From Flexivirga oryzae (GTDB taxonomy: Bacteria > Actinomycetota > Actinomycetes > Actinomycetales > Dermatophilaceae): a stretch of 32,000 nucleotides of DNA. The notes under the pieces are model-generated. The model saw nothing but the letters and a program-made list of their open reading frames with translations. It was not told the DNA's origin and made no database searches. Shown one piece after another: positions 8,203 through 15,730 of the stretch (the stretch's first letter is position 1; the number at the start of each line of letters is the position of its first letter). The DNA lies in contig NZ_JACHVQ010000001.1 of NCBI RefSeq assembly GCF_014190805.1, positions 1,926,689-1,958,688 of the forward strand. The letters are read 5' to 3'. The position numbers were made by a program, and so were the translations under genes.

Positions 8203-9095
8203 CAGGCGATCTCCCGGTCGGCGGGTGCGAGCTGGAACGCGTCGATCAGGGCGACCAGGTCCGGTTCGCCCGGCAGCAGGTTCCCGTGCGCGGCGGCCCA
8301 TCGCTGCCGGTGCACCGTGGCGCCCGCCATCCACGGCTCGACGCCCACGTCCCGGACCGTCGTCGCGGCCTCCTCCATCTCCTCGGCCCGCCGGACCCCG
8401 TGCTGGACCGAGCGGGCGACGAAGTAGGCGGCGATCTGCTCCCAGTCGGCGTCCGGGAGGATGTTGGACAACGAGGCCAGGACGTCACGTTCGACGCCGT
8501 ACTGCCGGGCCGCCAGCAACGACTCGGTGAACAACGCCTCCAACCCCTTGACGACCACCGAGCGGCACAGCTTGGTGGCCGCCGCCCGACCGACTCGGTC
8601 GGACACCACGCGCACCCGGGAGAAACCCCAGCGGTCCGCGTCGGCCGCAAACTCCGCCGCGTGCGGGCCGCCCAGCAGGAACGACGACGCGATCCGGTGC
8701 GGCTCGATCGGTGACATCAGTCCGGCCTCGACATACCGGCCGCCCGCCCGATCGATCGACTCCGCAGACTGCTGCTTGTGCCCCGGCGAGGACGAGTTGA
8801 CGTCGACGAACCAGGCCCCGGGCGCGATGCCGACGGACGCCGCCCGAGCCGCCTCGACCGAGCGGGCCGCCGTGACGGCACAGATCACCAGGTCCGCACC
8901 GGCCACGGCCGCCGGGGCCGAGGACGCCGGCGGCAGGCCGAGGTCGCGCGCGTTTCGGGACGCGGTGCTCATCTCGTCGGCGAACGCCACGTCCCACGCA
9001 GCGCAGTCGACGTCGCCGGTGCCGCGCAGGTCCTCGACCATCACCCGGCCGACCTCGCCCAGACCGATCACGGCGACCCGCTGCGCATGCCCCAC
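8202..9095 (-). CDS. NAD(P)-dependent oxidoreductase, 6PGDH-type NAD-binding domain plus DUF1932-like C-terminus
   Basis: Rossmann motif VAVIGLGEVGRVM at the N-terminus. C-terminal helical domain (KLCRSVVVKGLEALFTESLLAARQYGV...) resembles DUF1932-containing dehydrogenases. GTG 9093-9095 lies 5 nt after GAGGAG. The upstream 249 aa of ORF 8202..9842 is antisense to gntR and rejected. Confidence 0.8.
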   Translation of the reverse strand: MGHAQRVAVIGLGEVGRVMVEDLRGTGDVDCAAWDVAFADEMSTASRNARDLGLPPASSAPAAVAGADLVICAVTAARSVEAARAASVGIAPGAWFVDVNSSSPGHKQQSAESIDRAGGRYVEAGLMSPIEPHRIASSFLLGGPHAAEFAADADRWGFSRVRVVSDRVGRAAATKLCRSVVVKGLEALFTESLLAARQYGVERDVLASLSNILPDADWEQIAAYFVARSVQHGVRRAEEMEEAATTVRDVGVEPWMAGATVHRQRWAAAHGNLLPGEPDLVALIDAFQLAPADREIA

Positions 9096-9122
9096 GACAA
9101 CTCCTCGCAAACTGGAAACACG

Positions 9123-9150
9123 ATTGTTGATAATACTAGCCGATAATTCT
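9123..9150 (+). promoter_or_regulatory. AT-rich operator-like motif in the divergent ligJ-operon/gntR promoter region (site 1)
   Basis: ATTGTTGATAATACTAGCCGATAATTCT. 22/28 positions match the reverse complement of 19279-19306. Imperfect dyad ATTGTT-N13-GATAAT. Overlaps -10-like hexamers on both strands (GATAAT, TATTAT). Confidence 0.45.
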
Positions 9151-9215
9151 GTTCGTCTAGACTGTGCCGACGATCGCACGAGAGTCGGACGCCGGCTCGG
9201 AGAGGGGACCCACCC

Positions 9216-9902
9216 ATGGCCGCTGCCACCAGGAAGCTTCGTTCCGGCCAGGAGGCCAAGCAGCTCGTGGTCCAGGGACTGCGGGACGCCATACTCGCCG
9301 GCGACATGGCCCCCGGCCAACGTCTGGTGGAGTCCGAGCTGATGGAGACGTTCGGGGCGACCCGCGGCAGCGTGCGCTCCGCGATCGACGACCTGGCCGC
9401 CGAAGGCCTGGTCGAGCGGATACCCAACCGCGGCGCGCGCGTCCGCCGGGTGTCCCTCGAGGAGGCGATCGCCATCCTGGAATGCCGCGCCGTCCTGGAG
9501 GGGCTGCTCGCCTCCCGCGCCGCGACCCGGGCCACCGACGCCCAGATCGCCCAGTTGGTGGAGCTGGGCGAGCGGATGACCGAGGCGGTGCGCGGCGGCG
9601 ATGTCGGCAGCTACTCGCGACTGAACTCCCAATTGCACGAGACCGTTTCCGAACTCGGCGAGCAACAGGTCGCCACCGGGCTGATCGGGCGGTTGCGCGC
9701 ACAGATCGTGCGCCACCAGTTCCGGCTGTCGATGCGACCAGGCCGCCCGCAGGTGTCCATCAAGGAGCACCTGGCGATCATCCGCGCCATCGAGAAGCGT
9801 GACCCGGAGGCCGCGGACCGCGCCGCCCGGGCCCATGTGCACAGCGTGATCGACGCCCTCGTGGAGATCGACCGCGAGGCGTCCTCCAACGTCTCCGCCT
9901 AG
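9216..9902 (+). CDS. GntR-family transcriptional regulator (FadR/FCD subfamily)
   Basis: N-terminal wHTH (GQRLVESELMETFGATRGSVRSAIDDLAAEGLVERIPNRGARV) and helical FCD-type C-terminal domain. ATG is preceded by GGAGAGGGG. Confidence 0.9.
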   Translation: MAAATRKLRSGQEAKQLVVQGLRDAILAGDMAPGQRLVESELMETFGATRGSVRSAIDDLAAEGLVERIPNRGARVRRVSLEEAIAILECRAVLEGLLASRAATRATDAQIAQLVELGERMTEAVRGGDVGSYSRLNSQLHETVSELGEQQVATGLIGRLRAQIVRHQFRLSMRPGRPQVSIKEHLAIIRAIEKRDPEAADRAARAHVHSVIDALVEIDREASSNVSA

Positions 9903-9903
9903 T

Positions 9904-9934
9904 AAGTGTCACACCGAGGTGCGGTGTCACACTT
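9904..9934. promoter_or_regulatory. Inverted repeat / hairpin between gntR stop and vapB start
   Basis: aagtgtcacaccg-aggtg-cggtgtcacactt gives a 13-bp stem with one central mismatch. It contains two copies of the near-palindrome GTGTCACAC. Starts 2 nt after the gntR stop and ends 6 nt before the antitoxin ATG. Confidence 0.5.
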
Positions 9935-9940
9935 GCTGGT

Positions 9941-10210
9941 ATGCCGACCACGAAGCCCCGCCACGCGGTGACCGAGACGCCCGAGGTCTCCGCGGCGCTG
10001 CACGCCGCCGCCCGGAGGTGGCCGCAGGATCGTGACAAGCCAGCTCGACTCTTGCGGCACCTGATCGACGAAGGCTTCAAGAGCATCGAGCCTGAAGCCG
10101 CCGATCGTGGGAACGACCGCCTCGCCGCCCTACATCGCATCAGCGGCTCCTACACCGGCCTGTACGAACCTGGGTACCTCGAAGACCTGCGGGCGGAGTG
10201 GCCTTCGTGA
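9941..10210 (+). CDS. vapB: Putative VapB-type antitoxin (TA pair 1)
   Basis: 89-aa ORF immediately upstream of, and overlapping, a PIN-domain gene. No family motif recognised beyond size and position. Confidence 0.6.
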   Translation: MPTTKPRHAVTETPEVSAALHAAARRWPQDRDKPARLLRHLIDEGFKSIEPEAADRGNDRLAALHRISGSYTGLYEPGYLEDLRAEWPS

Positions 10211-10587
10211 TCGCATTGGACGCAGGAGTGCTCATCGCCCTGTTCGATGCGAACGACGCTCATCACGCAGCCGCCGAAGAGATGTTCGCAATCAACCCGT
10301 CCGAGCCCATGACGATCGGCCCGATCAACCAAGCCGAGGTTCTCGCGCGCGCGGCTCGTGAGAACCGCGACCAGCAGATGCTGGCCGATCTGCGTGCGCT
10401 TGGCATCACGACCACGGCACTTCCTGACGACGCTGCGACCCGGCTGGCTCGCTTGCGGGCGAACACCCGGTCGAGGATGCCCCATTGCTGTGTCCTGCTG
10501 ACCGCCGAACAGATGTCTGCCCGAGTTGCAACGTTCGACGAGGGGCTCAAGGAGTCCGCTCGCTCAATCGGCTTGGCGCTGGCCTGA
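10198..10587 (+). CDS. vapC: PIN-domain ribonuclease toxin VapC (TA pair 1)
   Basis: VIALDAGVLIALFD N-terminal acidic motif, central NQAEV, C-terminal ATFDEGL. Start is GTG 10198 or GTG 10207 (GTGA overlap with the antitoxin stop). Confidence 0.8.
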   Translation: MAFVIALDAGVLIALFDANDAHHAAAEEMFAINPSEPMTIGPINQAEVLARAARENRDQQMLADLRALGITTTALPDDAATRLARLRANTRSRMPHCCVLLTAEQMSARVATFDEGLKESARSIGLALA

Positions 10588-10611
10588 GCGACCTGCGCAG
10601 ACGGGCCCGAC

Positions 10612-10642
10612 CCCGCGCCGTGACGCGGGTTCGTTCGTTTGT
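10612..10642 (+). terminator. Intrinsic terminator-like hairpin after vapC (pair 1)
   Basis: cccgcg-ccgtga-cgcggg stem-loop followed by the T-rich tail ttcgttcgtttgt. Confidence 0.55.
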
Positions 10643-10704
10643 GGAACGGTTATCGGGACTCTTTGCAGACGACACCGCTTCAGCTCTGTGCAAAGCTGCC
10701 TGGC

Positions 10705-11148
10705 ATGAGCGAGTCGTGCCTCGTGTGTGACGAAGTCAGCGGTGACATTCCGGTGCCAGGCGGCCAGCTGGAAGCCAGCGACCAGGTGGCCGTTTTCCAC
10801 TGTCCGATCGTCGCACCCGCCACCGATGTCTACGCCGGCTACCTCTTCGTCGTTCCACGACGGCATGTCCCAGGATTCAGCGGCTTGACCGAGGATGAGG
10901 CCGAAGCGGTCGGGGTCGCGATCGCGCGCTGGTCCAGGGTGCTGGAGGCCGTAGGAGCAGAGCACGTCTATGTGCTCCGCATCGGTCACGGCGTGGACCA
11001 TCTCCATGTCCATCTCGTTCCCAGGTGGCCGGGAACACCCAGCGAGGTCTCCTGGCTGCACGTCGACGACTGGGACGGCGCGCGTCGCGTGGACACGCCA
11101 GCCGCAGCAGACTTCGTGTCGACCCTTCGCACAGTCGGAGTCGCCTGA
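10705..11148 (+). CDS. HIT-family protein
   Basis: N-terminal CLVCDEV and histidine triad HLHVHLVPRW. ATG 10705 (MSESCLVC) chosen within ORF 10639..11148. Confidence 0.8.
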   Translation: MSESCLVCDEVSGDIPVPGGQLEASDQVAVFHCPIVAPATDVYAGYLFVVPRRHVPGFSGLTEDEAEAVGVAIARWSRVLEAVGAEHVYVLRIGHGVDHLHVHLVPRWPGTPSEVSWLHVDDWDGARRVDTPAAADFVSTLRTVGVA

Positions 11149-11192
11149 AAACTGTTTGTGGAAGGTCAGGCGTTTTGGGAGATTGATCGACC

Positions 11193-11831
11193 ATGACGGC
11201 CCTTCGCGACTACGTGCAGTGGCTCCGTCGCTACGACGATCCCGACTCTCCGCTGTCGTGGCGGCTCCGCACGGTCCAGCAGTCGTTGCGTGACGAGTTG
11301 GACGCACGCCCGGGACCGGTAGACATCGTGAGTGTCTGCGCTGGTGACGGGCGGGACATCATCGACGTGCTGCGTACCCGCCCGGATGCCGATCGTGTCA
11401 CCGTGGTTCTGCTTGAGGCGCATCCCGAGGTTGCCGACCTCGCCCGGCAGCGTGCCCGCCACGCCGGCCTCGACCAGATCGAGGTGCGCACTTGCGACGC
11501 GGCAGACACCGGCTCCTACGTGGGTGCTGTTCCGGCCGACATCGTGCTGCTGGTCGGCCTGCTGGGCAACATGTCCCACGACGACGTCTCGACGACCATT
11601 GCGGCCACCCCTCAGATGTGTGGTCCCGGGGCGAGCCTGATCTGGTCACGCGGCCGCGACCTGGACGACATCAACGACCGCGTCCGCCGCGAGTTCGCCG
11701 AGGCCGGCTTCACCGAGCGGGCCTACGTCGCGTCCGACCGACGTACCCGCCCGGCCGTCGGTGTGATGCGCTACGACGGCCCGGCCGTCCCGCTTGATCC
11801 GGACCGTCGGCTGTTCACCTTCTTCCGCTGA
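11193..11831 (+). CDS. Class I SAM-dependent methyltransferase (putative)
   Basis: 212 aa. Motif-I-like IVSVCAGDGRD, an acidic residue after beta-2 (VVLLEAHPE), and DIVLLVGLLGNM consistent with a Rossmann methyltransferase fold. Confidence 0.65.
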   Translation: MTALRDYVQWLRRYDDPDSPLSWRLRTVQQSLRDELDARPGPVDIVSVCAGDGRDIIDVLRTRPDADRVTVVLLEAHPEVADLARQRARHAGLDQIEVRTCDAADTGSYVGAVPADIVLLVGLLGNMSHDDVSTTIAATPQMCGPGASLIWSRGRDLDDINDRVRREFAEAGFTERAYVASDRRTRPAVGVMRYDGPAVPLDPDRRLFTFFR

Positions 11832-11985
11832 TGGCACGTCGGCCGGACTGCTCGGCCATGATTGCTTGAGCGCAGTCGTTCCCGCGCACAGCCGCCGTGG
11901 AGTCAATGTCGTCGCTGGCAATCGCGTTCAAGAACCTCGCACGTGGGCGCAGCGCGGCTCCGAGCGATGTCTCAGTAGGGATTCT

Positions 11986-12885
11986 CTACTTGATATTGCC
12001 CCGGATGCGCGTCGCGGCGATGTCGATGAGGGCGTTGAACCTATCGCGCACCTGTGCCGTGGTCAGGTTGGTCGGTCCGAGGAAGTTGGCACTGCTGGTC
12101 CACGTGTCGATGTCCGGCTCCAGTCGGCTTGCAGCCACAAGTTGCCACCAGGACAGGTCATCAACCGGCCAGCCTGTGGATGATCGATATCCCCGCAGCA
12201 GCTCCTCAGCGGCCGGCGGACCGAAGGACAGCGCTGTGCTGACGTAGGCATATCCCAGGTCGATTCCGGGGTTGCCGCAACCAGCTTCGGTCCAATCAAC
12301 GACCCCGGTGATCCGGTCACCATCGACGAGCACGTTACTGACGCTGAAGTCGTTGTGCACCAGTACCCGACGCCGTGTCTCCAGCTCGATTGGAACTGAT
12401 TGCATCACCAGCTTCAGCAGCGCTGATGGTGCACCGTGTCGTGGTGGTCGCCCGGCCCGGAGACTGCGCACGGTGGCCGTTGTCTCGTCAGCGAGTCCTC
12501 CGATCGGGGCAACAGAATGAATTCTGGCTAACACGCGGCCAAGCTCGGCGGCGACCTCAAGGGCGCTCCCGCTATGCCGGTGGCCGGGACACAGACTCGT
12601 CAATACGGCTGGGGCGAGGTCCTCGCGATCAGCAGTCGCACCGAGAAGGGTCGGTACAGGAACCTCGGTGCCGGCGAGCGCAGCGAGGACCAAGGCTTCA
12701 CCAATGGCCGCGCGACGAGCTCGCCGAGGCGACCAGGTGAGGCTCGGGTACTGCCGTAGTACTGCCCGCCGCCGAGATGCCGTCGTCACAACACTCAACG
12801 CGGTCGACATGCCGCCGGTGAGAGGTACTTCCTCGACAACGGCCGATTGAAGAACCTCCTCGGCCCACGGCCGGATCGACGACAT
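11986..12885 (-). CDS. Aminoglycoside/choline-kinase-type phosphotransferase (APH family)
   Basis: Catalytic loop VLVHNDFSVSNVLV and metal-binding GVVDWTEAGCGNPGIDLGYA. ATG 12885 (MSSIRPW) gives 299 aa. The upstream part of ORF 11986..13077 is rejected. Confidence 0.8.
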   Translation of the reverse strand: MSSIRPWAEEVLQSAVVEEVPLTGGMSTALSVVTTASRRRAVLRQYPSLTWSPRRARRAAIGEALVLAALAGTEVPVPTLLGATADREDLAPAVLTSLCPGHRHSGSALEVAAELGRVLARIHSVAPIGGLADETTATVRSLRAGRPPRHGAPSALLKLVMQSVPIELETRRRVLVHNDFSVSNVLVDGDRITGVVDWTEAGCGNPGIDLGYAYVSTALSFGPPAAEELLRGYRSSTGWPVDDLSWWQLVAASRLEPDIDTWTSSANFLGPTNLTTAQVRDRFNALIDIAATRIRGNIK

Positions 12886-12982
12886 CACTCGCGTACCGTG
12901 CCATACCCGATCGGCCGGATGCAGCCGGATTGATTCCGAGGCCTTCTGACGTGGTTGAGCCACCGTCCGCACGCCCATCGGC

Positions 12983-13375
12983 CTACGGGGCTGTCTGGAG
13001 ATCCACGCTGAACACGAGGGCATCGCCGCCGCTCTTGACGATCTGGCGGTCCAGCCGGAGGCCGATCTTTTCGGCAACTCGCTGAGATGAACGATTGCCT
13101 GGTCGGATGATTGCGACCAGGTGAGGTATGCCGGCTCCTGGCCGCATCTCGCACTGCGGCGGCCGCTTCGGTGGCGAGCCCACGTCCCTGCCAGGCCGTG
13201 CCCACGTGGTAGCCGACCTCAACCAGGCTCTCGCCTCGACGTCTTGGACCGTCAGACCGCAGTCCCCGACGAACGTGCCGTCGACGGCGAGCTCGACGAT
13301 CCACAGCCCGAAGCCGTGCTCGGCGTAGTTTCGCTCATTCCAGGCAATCCATTTCGCGGCTTCGTCACGGGACAT
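12983..13375 (-). pseudogene. GNAT (RimJ/RimL-like) acetyltransferase disrupted by two compensating frameshifts
   Basis: N-terminal (EAAKWIAWNERNYAEHGFGLWIVELAVDGTFVGDCGL) and C-terminal (IPHLVAIIRPGNRSSQRVAEKIGLRLD) GNAT segments lie in the 12983..13375 frame. The acetyl-CoA core GESLVEVGYHVGTAWQGRGLATEAAAAVRDAA lies only in the 12885..13304 frame. The usual N-terminal ~50 aa is also absent. Confidence 0.65.
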
Positions 13376-13517
13376 TGGAGCGGGGTATGCACTGTTGGGC
13401 GATCAAGCTCGTCCCGATAGCCGATCGCCTTACGGATCACCGGCACGACCTTAAGCGCGACGGAGACACCGCCACTCATCGCTGCGATTCCCGGTTCTGG
13501 CGCTTCATGACTGAGAG

Positions 13518-14111
13518 GTGCGGGATAGCTACGATTTGTCTGTGACTGACACGGAATCAGTGCTCGGGGACCTGTTAGATGCAGGTCGGCGGCGGCGTGA
13601 TCCGTGGACGTCGATGCGTGTTCTGCGCGAGGGCGTCGCTCGCCTCGACTACGACGACCCCGACCACACCTACCAAGTTACGGTCCCAACAGTGCCGCGT
13701 CGGCGCCTCGAGGTTCCCAACGACACCATCGCTGAGGTCGGCGGCATCGGAATCCGTCTCACATCGGTTGAGATCAGCAGCGACGTGACCGTGGTGATCG
13801 ACGCTCAGGACGGGTCCAGATACCAAGAGGTCCTGGAGGCGTTCCAGGCGACGTATCGACGCTGGGAGAGCACGACCGACAGGCCGATGTCTCGGCCACC
13901 TGCCTGGCCGGCGGACGAGTTCTTCGGTTGCATTCGCTTGCGCGACGATGTCGGCACAGATTACGCACTGCGCGCCGGCCGGGCCGGCGGATCTGGCACG
14001 GAGTTCGAATGCACCTACAACTTCGATCCCGTTCCGCCGGTAGACGCGCACAGTCTTCGAGTCGACGTCGTCGACCACGACGTCGTTGGGACCGTCATCC
14101 TGAACCTCTAA
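13518..14111 (+). CDS. Hypothetical protein, no recognisable family
   Basis: 197-aa ORF with protein-like composition and no competing ORF of better quality. Start uncertain (GTG 13518, GTG 13560 or ATG 13614). Confidence 0.5.
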   Translation: MRDSYDLSVTDTESVLGDLLDAGRRRRDPWTSMRVLREGVARLDYDDPDHTYQVTVPTVPRRRLEVPNDTIAEVGGIGIRLTSVEISSDVTVVIDAQDGSRYQEVLEAFQATYRRWESTTDRPMSRPPAWPADEFFGCIRLRDDVGTDYALRAGRAGGSGTEFECTYNFDPVPPVDAHSLRVDVVDHDVVGTVILNL

Positions 14112-14365
14112 CGTCTATCGCGCACTCGATCGGCAGCGCGTTGAGGCGCAGACCCAGATCGGTAATACCGCCTCATAGCCACGATCTCGCCCAGCGTCGG
14201 TGTCCCGCACGACACATCCTTGCGGGACGCGGACACTTGATAGGCGTCCCCACCCCGCGGCGACACACAATCGCCGGAGGTGTTCTGGGCACGGAACGTC
14301 TACCGGGACGAACGTCAGTGGTGGCACCTGGTGTCTGCCGTGTGGTCCGCGAAACAGTGAAGCTC

Positions 14366-14969
14366 CTACGTCGACTCGGAGTACGGGTGCGGTTGCGATT
14401 TCTTCAGCCGGGTCGTTGCTTCGGCCAGGCCGCTGTCGATGAGTTGGTCCTGCTGGGTGTCGAGGCCGAACAACACCTCGTGCCACGGGCTGAGCATGTG
14501 CCAGTCACGCGCACGAGCAAGCAGTTCGGGAGCAGGACGATAGGTTTCCAGCACGCCGCGGGCGAACATTGGACCGGCGGTGAGGGTGGTTGCGGACAGG
14601 TCGATCGCGGGATCGCCGATGCAGCTGTCGCCCCAGTCGATGATCCCGCTGACCTTCTCGCCGATCACGCGGATGTGGTCGAGTCCCAGGTCGGCGTGGA
14701 CCACGCAGGTGTACCAACGGTTCTTCGGCGACGACGACCGGGATCGGGACCGGCAGCGGGAGCTGCGGTGCCAGCCACGGGAGGAACTGCGTCTCGCGAC
14801 GCGCCTGTGGCTCGACTGCTGCGTTCCGGGGGCTCCGCTCCACCCAGCATCCGTCGACCAGCCTGGCCGTCATGTCCCAGCCGTCGTCGAAGTCGTCATC
14901 CACGTCCGGTAGCTCATCAGTGCGAGACACGGGGTCGCAACGCAGTTTCTCGCTCAGGCCGATCGCCAA
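14366..14969 (-). pseudogene. APH-family phosphotransferase remnant with internal deletion and frameshift
   Basis: N-lobe (DDGWDMTARLVDGCWVERSPRN...ETQFLPWLAPQLPLPVPIPVVVAEEP) is in the frame of ORF 14505..15029. The catalytic part (VVHADLGLDHIRV...GIIDWGDSCIGDPAIDL) is in the frame of ORF 14366..14704. The junction is near 14700-14715 and roughly 100 aa normally between these motifs is missing. 5' limit uncertain. Confidence 0.6.
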
Positions 14970-15005
14970 CCGCGACAGGACTCGGTCCTGCCGTAGCCTG
15001 CAAAC

Positions 15006-15611
15006 ATGGCGCGTATTCGGTGGACGCATTCATGTGTAACCGTCGACGACGGCTCGGGGGTCCTGGTGGTCGATCCGGGCATCTGGAGCGAGCCTGAGGC
15101 GCTGCTTCGTGCGGATGCTGTGCTGCTGACCCACGAACACAGCGATCACGCCGACCTGCTACGCATCGTCGGATCCGAACTTCCGGTGTGGGCGCCGTCC
15201 GGCGCGGACCTGCGCGGCATGCCCTTCCATCCCGTCGAACCGGGTGCCGAGGTCAGTGTCGCGGGGTTCACGGTGCGTGGCGTCGGCGGTCGGCACGCGC
15301 GGGTCCTACCCGAGCAGGACCCCTGCCCCAACCTCGGCTACGTCATCGACACCTCTGAGGGTGCCCTCTACCACCCCGGCGACGCGCTGGTCGTGCCCGA
15401 GGAAACGATCGAGACCCTGTTGGTGCCGCTCCAAGCGTCGTGGCTGAAGACGGCGGATGCTGTCGACTTCGCGCGCGCGATCGATCCCGAGCGTGCGTTC
15501 GGCATACACGACGGGCAGGTCAACCGGCGCGCGATCGCGAGTGTCGGGCGGTGGTTGGCCGAGTTCGGCTGCACGGCATACCGCTCGGTCGAGCCTGGAA
15601 GTCAGGTCTGA
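15006..15611 (+). CDS. MBL-fold metallo-hydrolase
   Basis: HxHxDH motif LLTHEHSDHAD, followed by conserved H/D positions (GGRHA, YHPGD). 201 aa. Confidence 0.8.
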   Translation: MARIRWTHSCVTVDDGSGVLVVDPGIWSEPEALLRADAVLLTHEHSDHADLLRIVGSELPVWAPSGADLRGMPFHPVEPGAEVSVAGFTVRGVGGRHARVLPEQDPCPNLGYVIDTSEGALYHPGDALVVPEETIETLLVPLQASWLKTADAVDFARAIDPERAFGIHDGQVNRRAIASVGRWLAEFGCTAYRSVEPGSQV

Positions 15612-15730
15612 GTCCCGGGTCGACGCGCCCGCCGCCATAGCCGATCCGCTTGTGGAACGTGTGCCGAGCAGGCATCGGTCGGCGGCGGGTCCGGACGCTG
15701 TTGAAAGTGCCACGATCTCGCCGGAGGCGG

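Noticed and set aside
9155-9162. Palindrome GTCTAGAC in the gntR 5' region as an alternative GntR (GT-Nx-AC type) operator
   Set aside because: It is only 8 bp and is not repeated at the ligK or MFS promoters. The 28-nt shared motif is the better-supported candidate. I kept it only as a note.
10661-10695. 7-bp inverted repeat CTTTGCA-N21-TGCAAAG just upstream of the island HIT gene
   Set aside because: The arms are short and the spacer long, and no second copy occurs elsewhere in the window. This is within chance expectation for a 100-bp intergenic region.
13252-13479. 75-aa ORF upstream of and overlapping the GNAT pseudogene
   Set aside because: It overlaps the GNAT N-terminal segment in another frame and has a Ser/Thr/Pro-rich tail. 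It could at most be further debris of the decayed gene, so it is not called as a CDS.
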